DNA of 29,418 bases, taken from a virus. Taxonomy: Duplodnaviria; Caudoviricetes. Below, one piece after another: positions 24,926 to 29,418 of the stretch. The notes beneath the pieces were generated by a model that saw nothing but the letters and a program-made list of their open reading frames with translations, made no database searches and was not told where the DNA came from. The position numbers and the translations under genes are program-made. Within the stretch, counting starts at the first letter, position 1; the number at the start of each line of letters is the position of its first letter. The stretch is taken from the IMG/VR virus record IMGVR_UViG_3300005739_000008, positions 1 through 29,418 of that record. One strand, written 5' to 3'.

Positions 24926-26325
24926 GTGACGCCACCACACCCGTCGCCTTGTGGTCCGGCGAAGCCGAGACCTCCCTGCTTGGCGCCATCATCAACGGCG
25001 GCCAGCCGGCGATCGACGCCGCGGCCGATCTTGTGCGCGAAGAATGGTTTTTTGCCCCGGTGCACCGCGCCTCATGGCAAGTGCTGCACGGCATGTATAT
25101 CAAGCGCCAGCCGGTCGATCTGTTCACCTTCACCGAGGCCTTCCGGCAGAGTGGAGAGCTCGAAAAAATAGAAGGGGGGGGCGGATGGGTCACGGCTACC
25201 TTTGCCGCAGCGCCCGGAGGCCTGGGCATGTTGCAGCATTGGGCCGACATCGTCCGCGATTACTGGCGCCGGCGCGAGATTGTCCGCGTTGCCACCGACC
25301 TGCTGCTCGACGCCAAAAATTTCGCCAAGCCGACCGAAGACGTGATCGACCTGGGCGAGAAAAGCCTGCTCGATCTGCGCCTCGAGACCAAGCAGACCGG
25401 CCTGGTGCACTGCGCGGAGGCGGTCAATGCCGCGGCCGCCCGCATCGAGATGGCGCACAAGAAGCGCGGCGGAGTCATCGGTATCGCCACCGGCTTCACC
25501 GACTTGGACCGCATGACCGGCGGGCTCAAGCCCGGCCAGCTGGTGATCATCGCCGCCCGCCCGAGCATGGGTAAGAGCGCCTTTGCCACCAACATCGCCG
25601 AGACCGCTTGCCTCGAGAACGAAACACCCACCGCCTTGTTTAGCCTGGAAATGACCGGCGAGGAGCTGATGGAGCGCGTTCTCTGCACGCAATCCGGCGT
25701 GAAGCTCCAGCGCGTGCGCGACGGATTCATGAGCAAGGAGGAAATGAAGAAGCTCGGCCAGAAAGTCGGCGAGGTGCAAGGCGCGCCGCTTTACCTTGAC
25801 GAGACGCCCTCGCTCACCATCGCGGCCTTCCGTGCCCGGGCCCGTCGGGCTGTGGCCAAGCACGGCGTGAAGCTCTTGATCGTCGACTACTTGCAGCTCA
25901 TGCGCGGCTCGACCAAGCGCGCACAGCAAGACCGGCGCCTGGAGATCGACGAGATCAGCTCCGGGCTCAAGGCCACGGCCAAAGAGCTCGGCGTGCCGGT
26001 CATCGCGCTATCGCAGCTCAACCGCGACGCCGAAGAGCGTGCCGAGCCCAAGCTATCGCACCTGCGCGAAAGCGGTTCCATCGAGCAGGATGCCGATATT
26101 GTTGCGTTACTTCACCGCCCCGAGCGCGTCACCCACAAGGAAGAAGACAAGGGCAAAGCCGTCTTGATCCTGGCCAAGCAACGCAACGGCCCCGTTGGCC
26201 GCATCGAACTGCACTTCGACGGCGAGATCACCCGGTTCAAGAACGGCACGAACAAACTTTACTCCAACCGCGCCGACGAGCGCCAGGGAGCCAACAAGTC
26301 GTATCAAAACACCGATGGAGAATGA
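24922..26325 (+). CDS. dnaB: replicative DNA helicase
   Basis: AARPSMGKS, FSLEM, IVDYLQL, LSQLNR, LRESGSIEQDAD, KQRNGP. Confidence 0.97.
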   Translation: MSDATTPVALWSGEAETSLLGAIINGGQPAIDAAADLVREEWFFAPVHRASWQVLHGMYIKRQPVDLFTFTEAFRQSGELEKIEGGGGWVTATFAAAPGGLGMLQHWADIVRDYWRRREIVRVATDLLLDAKNFAKPTEDVIDLGEKSLLDLRLETKQTGLVHCAEAVNAAAARIEMAHKKRGGVIGIATGFTDLDRMTGGLKPGQLVIIAARPSMGKSAFATNIAETACLENETPTALFSLEMTGEELMERVLCTQSGVKLQRVRDGFMSKEEMKKLGQKVGEVQGAPLYLDETPSLTIAAFRARARRAVAKHGVKLLIVDYLQLMRGSTKRAQQDRRLEIDEISSGLKATAKELGVPVIALSQLNRDAEERAEPKLSHLRESGSIEQDADIVALLHRPERVTHKEEDKGKAVLILAKQRNGPVGRIELHFDGEITRFKNGTNKLYSNRADERQGANKSYQNTDGE

Positions 26326-26326
26326 T

Positions 26327-26647
26327 ATGAGCCACCAAGAAAAAATCGAACGCATCAACGCCGAGCTCAACACGAGCGAGACGTGGTCGCAGCGCTGGCA
26401 GATCGAGCGCGAGCACAACGAGCGCCTCGCCGCCGAGGCGGAAAAAGTCCGCACCGGCGTGCACAGCCTCAAGGCCCGGGCCGTCGAGCGTTACAGCAAC
26501 AACCAGCAATTCGCAGCCGAGGCCCGCACTGCCGGCGATCCGCGCCGGGCCGAAGTCTACGAGCGCATGTGCGTCGTGCAGAGCGGCATGGTCCGCGCCC
26601 TCGATGACGTGCTCGAGCTCATGGACGCCGTCTCACGCGAGCAATGA
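26327..26647 (+). CDS. coiled-coil hypothetical protein
   Basis: GGAG upstream; MSHQEKIERINAEL... Confidence 0.65.
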   Translation: MSHQEKIERINAELNTSETWSQRWQIEREHNERLAAEAEKVRTGVHSLKARAVERYSNNQQFAAEARTAGDPRRAEVYERMCVVQSGMVRALDDVLELMDAVSREQ

Positions 26648-26898
26648 GCGGAGCAGGCAAAGGCGACAAACCGCGTCCCGTCGACGGCCCGACCTACCGG
26701 GCCAACTACGACGCGATCTTCCGTCGCCCATATCCCAATTGGGTTTGCCGTCCGTGCGGCTGGCAATACGGCCGCTTCCCCGGCATGGACCGCATCTCCG
26801 CCTGGCACGAAGGGACGTGCGGTATCTGCGGCCAGCGCGGCCCCGTCACCGAACCCCGCGACTTCGGCCACCTGCAAAACCTTCCAACTTTATCATGA
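26644..26898 (+). CDS. hypothetical protein with GKGDKPRP motif and Zn ribbon
   Basis: GKGDKPRP...NYDAIF, CRPC...CGIC. Confidence 0.7.
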   Translation: MSGAGKGDKPRPVDGPTYRANYDAIFRRPYPNWVCRPCGWQYGRFPGMDRISAWHEGTCGICGQRGPVTEPRDFGHLQNLPTLS

Positions 26899-27158
26899 AT
26901 ACATACCAACCAAAACCGAACACCTGGACATTGTTCCAGAACCGCAAGACCAACGACACGCAGCCCGACTACACCGGTAGCGCTTTCCTGGAAATGCCCG
27001 ATGGCACGACCAAAGAATACCGCTTGAGCGCCTGGAAGCGCGTCAGCCGGAGCGACGTCAAATTCATCGGCGGCTTCATCAAGCTCAAAGAAGACCAGCA
27101 GCCCAAGCTCATCGACGAAGCGCCGGCCGCCGGGGCAGGGGACGAGACGCCATGGTAG
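26895..27158 (+). CDS. putative ssDNA-binding protein (DUF736-like)
   Basis: LFQN..K...QPDYTG...YRLSAWK; acidic tail ending in PW. Confidence 0.65.
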   Translation: MNTYQPKPNTWTLFQNRKTNDTQPDYTGSAFLEMPDGTTKEYRLSAWKRVSRSDVKFIGGFIKLKEDQQPKLIDEAPAAGAGDETPW

Positions 27159-27370
27159 CACTTCTCGAATTCCAAAAGATCATTCCGGTCCGCACGCCGC
27201 TCGGCTACGGCACCGTGCTTTACGTCGAGGCATGCGGCGGATTTGCCAACGACATCTTTGCCATCGTTCTCGAGCGCACCGGCGAGATCAAGCACATGCG
27301 CAGCGATCAATTCGTCGTCCTCCGCAACCCCACGCTCGACATCGAAAACGCCGAAGATCCGAACGAATGA
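27152..27370 (+). CDS. hypothetical protein
   Basis: IPVRTPLGYG...NDIF...GEIKH; 72 aa. Confidence 0.65.
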   Translation: MVALLEFQKIIPVRTPLGYGTVLYVEACGGFANDIFAIVLERTGEIKHMRSDQFVVLRNPTLDIENAEDPNE

Positions 27371-27591
27371 AAAACTCCTGGAACTGGCATCCCGACAAAT
27401 ACCTCTTCCGCAACGGGAGCAAGTATTGGCTGCGCTTCACGCCCTACGATCCGGTCGTCAAACAGCCGCGCCTGGCGGTCAACCTCAACACCCGCGACAT
27501 CAACGAAGCCCGCACGCTCCGCGACGCCTGGCTGCAAAAGTCCGGCTACGAGATGAGCCCGCGCATCAACCGCTTTCCCTACGAAGAATGA
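27367..27591 (+). CDS. small DNA-binding protein resembling integrase arm-binding/DUF6538 domains
   Basis: YLFRNGSKYWLRF...RLAVNLNTRDINEARTLRD. Confidence 0.55.
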   Translation: MKNSWNWHPDKYLFRNGSKYWLRFTPYDPVVKQPRLAVNLNTRDINEARTLRDAWLQKSGYEMSPRINRFPYEE

Positions 27592-27959
27592 AAAAGCATC
27601 GCAAGCCTAAACAGCCAAAGGATGTAGCGGCGGTCTATGACCGCTGGAACTATCTGATTTGGCGAGGCGACTTGGGAGACGATTGCACCTGCCGCGTCGG
27701 CAACCTCATTGCGCACTGTGAATGCCTTGGTGAAATCAAATGGAAACCGCCTGGGCGCGGACGTCTATATACCGGCGACATCTGGTGCGTCTGCGTCAGC
27801 CAGGTGGACGCCAATAACCGCATCGACGGCCCCGACCTTTTCCACTCCGGAGAAAACGGCGGCTACGTCATGGGCGCTGAAATGGCTCGCGGAATTGCCG
27901 AAGCCATTATCCGCGCTGCACTCGCCACTCGTCACTCGTCACCCGCTACCCCCTCATGA
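27588..27959 (+). CDS. hypothetical Cys-rich protein
   Basis: 123 aa, ATGA overlaps on both sides. Confidence 0.55.
   Translation: MKKHRKPKQPKDVAAVYDRWNYLIWRGDLGDDCTCRVGNLIAHCECLGEIKWKPPGRGRLYTGDIWCVCVSQVDANNRIDGPDLFHSGENGGYVMGAEMARGIAEAIIRAALATRHSSPATPS
27919..27946. repeat. heptamer tandem repeat
   Basis: CACTCGC CACTCGT CACTCGT CACCCGC. Confidence 0.6.
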
Positions 27960-29418
27960 TCTTCACCCCGCACCAAGTCCACGAAGCGCCCGAGCTCCTC
28001 GGCAAAGATGCCGCGGGGAATATCCTCGTGCGTTTCAAGGACGGTGTGCGGCGGATGACGTCCGACCAGCTCCTCGAATTCCACCGGCTTTACGAGGAGC
28101 GTATCCGGTTCGAGCAGGACGACCCGTATCGCTACGGCTATGTCATTCCGATCTGGGAGACGGCCGACCGGCAATTCGCCGAGCTGCGCGAGCAATTCCC
28201 CAAAGGCGTCACCGAGCTGCTCATCCTCGGCGGCAACCGCGCCTCCAAGTCACGTTACCTGGCACGCCGCGCCGTCGAAGTCCTGGTCAACACCCCGGGC
28301 GCGAAAGTCTGGTGCCTGCAATCGACCGAAGCCTCCTCGATCCAAAACCAGCAGCCCTATCTCTGGGAATACCTGCCCGCGGAATGGAAGCCCGCCGCCT
28401 CCGGCAAAATGCGCAAAGGCGTCACGACCAACATCACCTATTCGCAGAAAGGCGGGTTCACAGAAAACTCATTCGTCCTGCCAAATGGCAGCCAGTGCTG
28501 GTTCAAGTTTTACTCCATGGATGTCAAATCCGTGGAGGGGGCGGAGTTGACCTATGCCTGGGCAGACGAATTGGTAAATCCTGAGTGGATCGAGGCCCTG
28601 CGTTTCCGACTCATCACCCGCAACGGCGAGCTGGCCGTCGGCTTCACGCCCATCCTCGGCTACACCGACACCGTGGCGGAATACCTCGCCGGCGCCGTCA
28701 CCCTCGAGGATACGGAGGCCCCGCTCGTGCTCGACAACAAAGGCCGCCCCATCCGCGTGCCCCGCGTGCAGCAATGCGCCAAGCCCACCGCCCGCGTCGT
28801 CTACTTCCACACCGCGGACAATCCCTTCGGAAACTACGAGGCGATGAAGATCGAGCTGGAGAAGTCGCCCAAGGACCGCATCCTCATGCGCGCCTACGGC
28901 GTCCCGACCAAGAAGCAGGCGAATATGTTCGCCAAGTTCAATACCAACGTCCACGTCGTCGATCCCGACCGCGTGCCCAAGGACGGCGTCAACTACCACG
29001 TCGTCGACCCGTGCTCCGGGCGGAATTGGTTCATGATCTGGGCCCGCTTCGATTCTGCCGGCCGGTGCTTCGTCTACGACGAATGGCCGAACCAACTCCG
29101 CGAAGTCCCCGGCGTCGGCCTGCCCGGGCCCTGGGCCGTGCCCGGCGGCAACAACCCCGACGGACAAGCCGGCGATGCCCAGCGCTCCTTCGGCTTCGGC
29201 CTCTCGCACTACAAGCTCGAGATCGAAAACATCGAGGCGCAGCACGGCCGCGACTGCGGGCTCAGTGAGCCGATTACCGTCTTCGAGCGCCTCATGGACA
29301 GCCGCTATGGCAACGCCGCCACCGTGGCCCGCGAGGCGCCCACCACGCTCATCGAGGAATGCGCCGAGATCGGCCTGCACTTCGCCGCCGCGCCCGGCGA
29401 CACCATTGCCGAAGGCGT
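27956..29418 (+). CDS. terL: terminase large subunit (3'-truncated by window; absent from ORF track)
   Basis: LLILGGNRASKS (Walker A), YAWADE (Walker B), GFTP coupling motif, YHVVDPCSGRNWF nuclease start. Confidence 0.9.
   Translation, partial: MIFTPHQVHEAPELLGKDAAGNILVRFKDGVRRMTSDQLLEFHRLYEERIRFEQDDPYRYGYVIPIWETADRQFAELREQFPKGVTELLILGGNRASKSRYLARRAVEVLVNTPGAKVWCLQSTEASSIQNQQPYLWEYLPAEWKPAASGKMRKGVTTNITYSQKGGFTENSFVLPNGSQCWFKFYSMDVKSVEGAELTYAWADELVNPEWIEALRFRLITRNGELAVGFTPILGYTDTVAEYLAGAVTLEDTEAPLVLDNKGRPIRVPRVQQCAKPTARVVYFHTADNPFGNYEAMKIELEKSPKDRILMRAYGVPTKKQANMFAKFNTNVHVVDPDRVPKDGVNYHVVDPCSGRNWFMIWARFDSAGRCFVYDEWPNQLREVPGVGLPGPWAVPGGNNPDGQAGDAQRSFGFGLSHYKLEIENIEAQHGRDCGLSEPITVFERLMDSRYGNAATVAREAPTTLIEECAEIGLHFAAAPGDTIAEG

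Noticed and set aside
22434-25184. Programmed frameshifts or homopolymer errors at the A-runs
   Set aside because: Reading frames, including dnaB and the initiator, stay intact through the runs, and the motif also occurs on the non-coding strand
28469-29380. 303-aa minus-strand ORF and alternative plus-frame ORFs
   Set aside because: Overlap the clearly identifiable terL frame

Overview
A 29.4-kb piece of a temperate, podovirus-like (P22/T7-type tail, ejection proteins) bacteriophage in its non-integrated form. Left to right: the 3' end of a virion gene; a lysis cassette (two holin-like genes, a lipoprotein, an Amidase_2 endolysin); tail fibre and tail-tube genes; ejection proteins including a 2389-aa polyvalent protein; an attP carrying the 5' half of tRNA-Arg(ACG); a divergent tyrosine integrase followed by three envelope-protein genes; a leftward early operon punctuated by repeated hairpin and leader elements; a divergent pair of ribbon-helix-helix regulators; an excisionase; an HTH/terminase-small-subunit-like gene with a candidate packaging site; a replication initiator with internal iterons; DnaB; small genes; and the start of the terminase large subunit. 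The host may be a PVC-superphylum bacterium such as Verrucomicrobiota (inference from heptamer repeats and Shine-Dalgarno-poor A/C-rich leaders). The most notable items are the 5'-half tRNA attP, the repeated stop-codon hairpin plus leader module with a related structured element at 24.4 kb, the RHH/RHH switch, and polar A-tract/G-tract motifs that flip orientation around the putative pac site. All family calls come from motif recognition; no searches were run.
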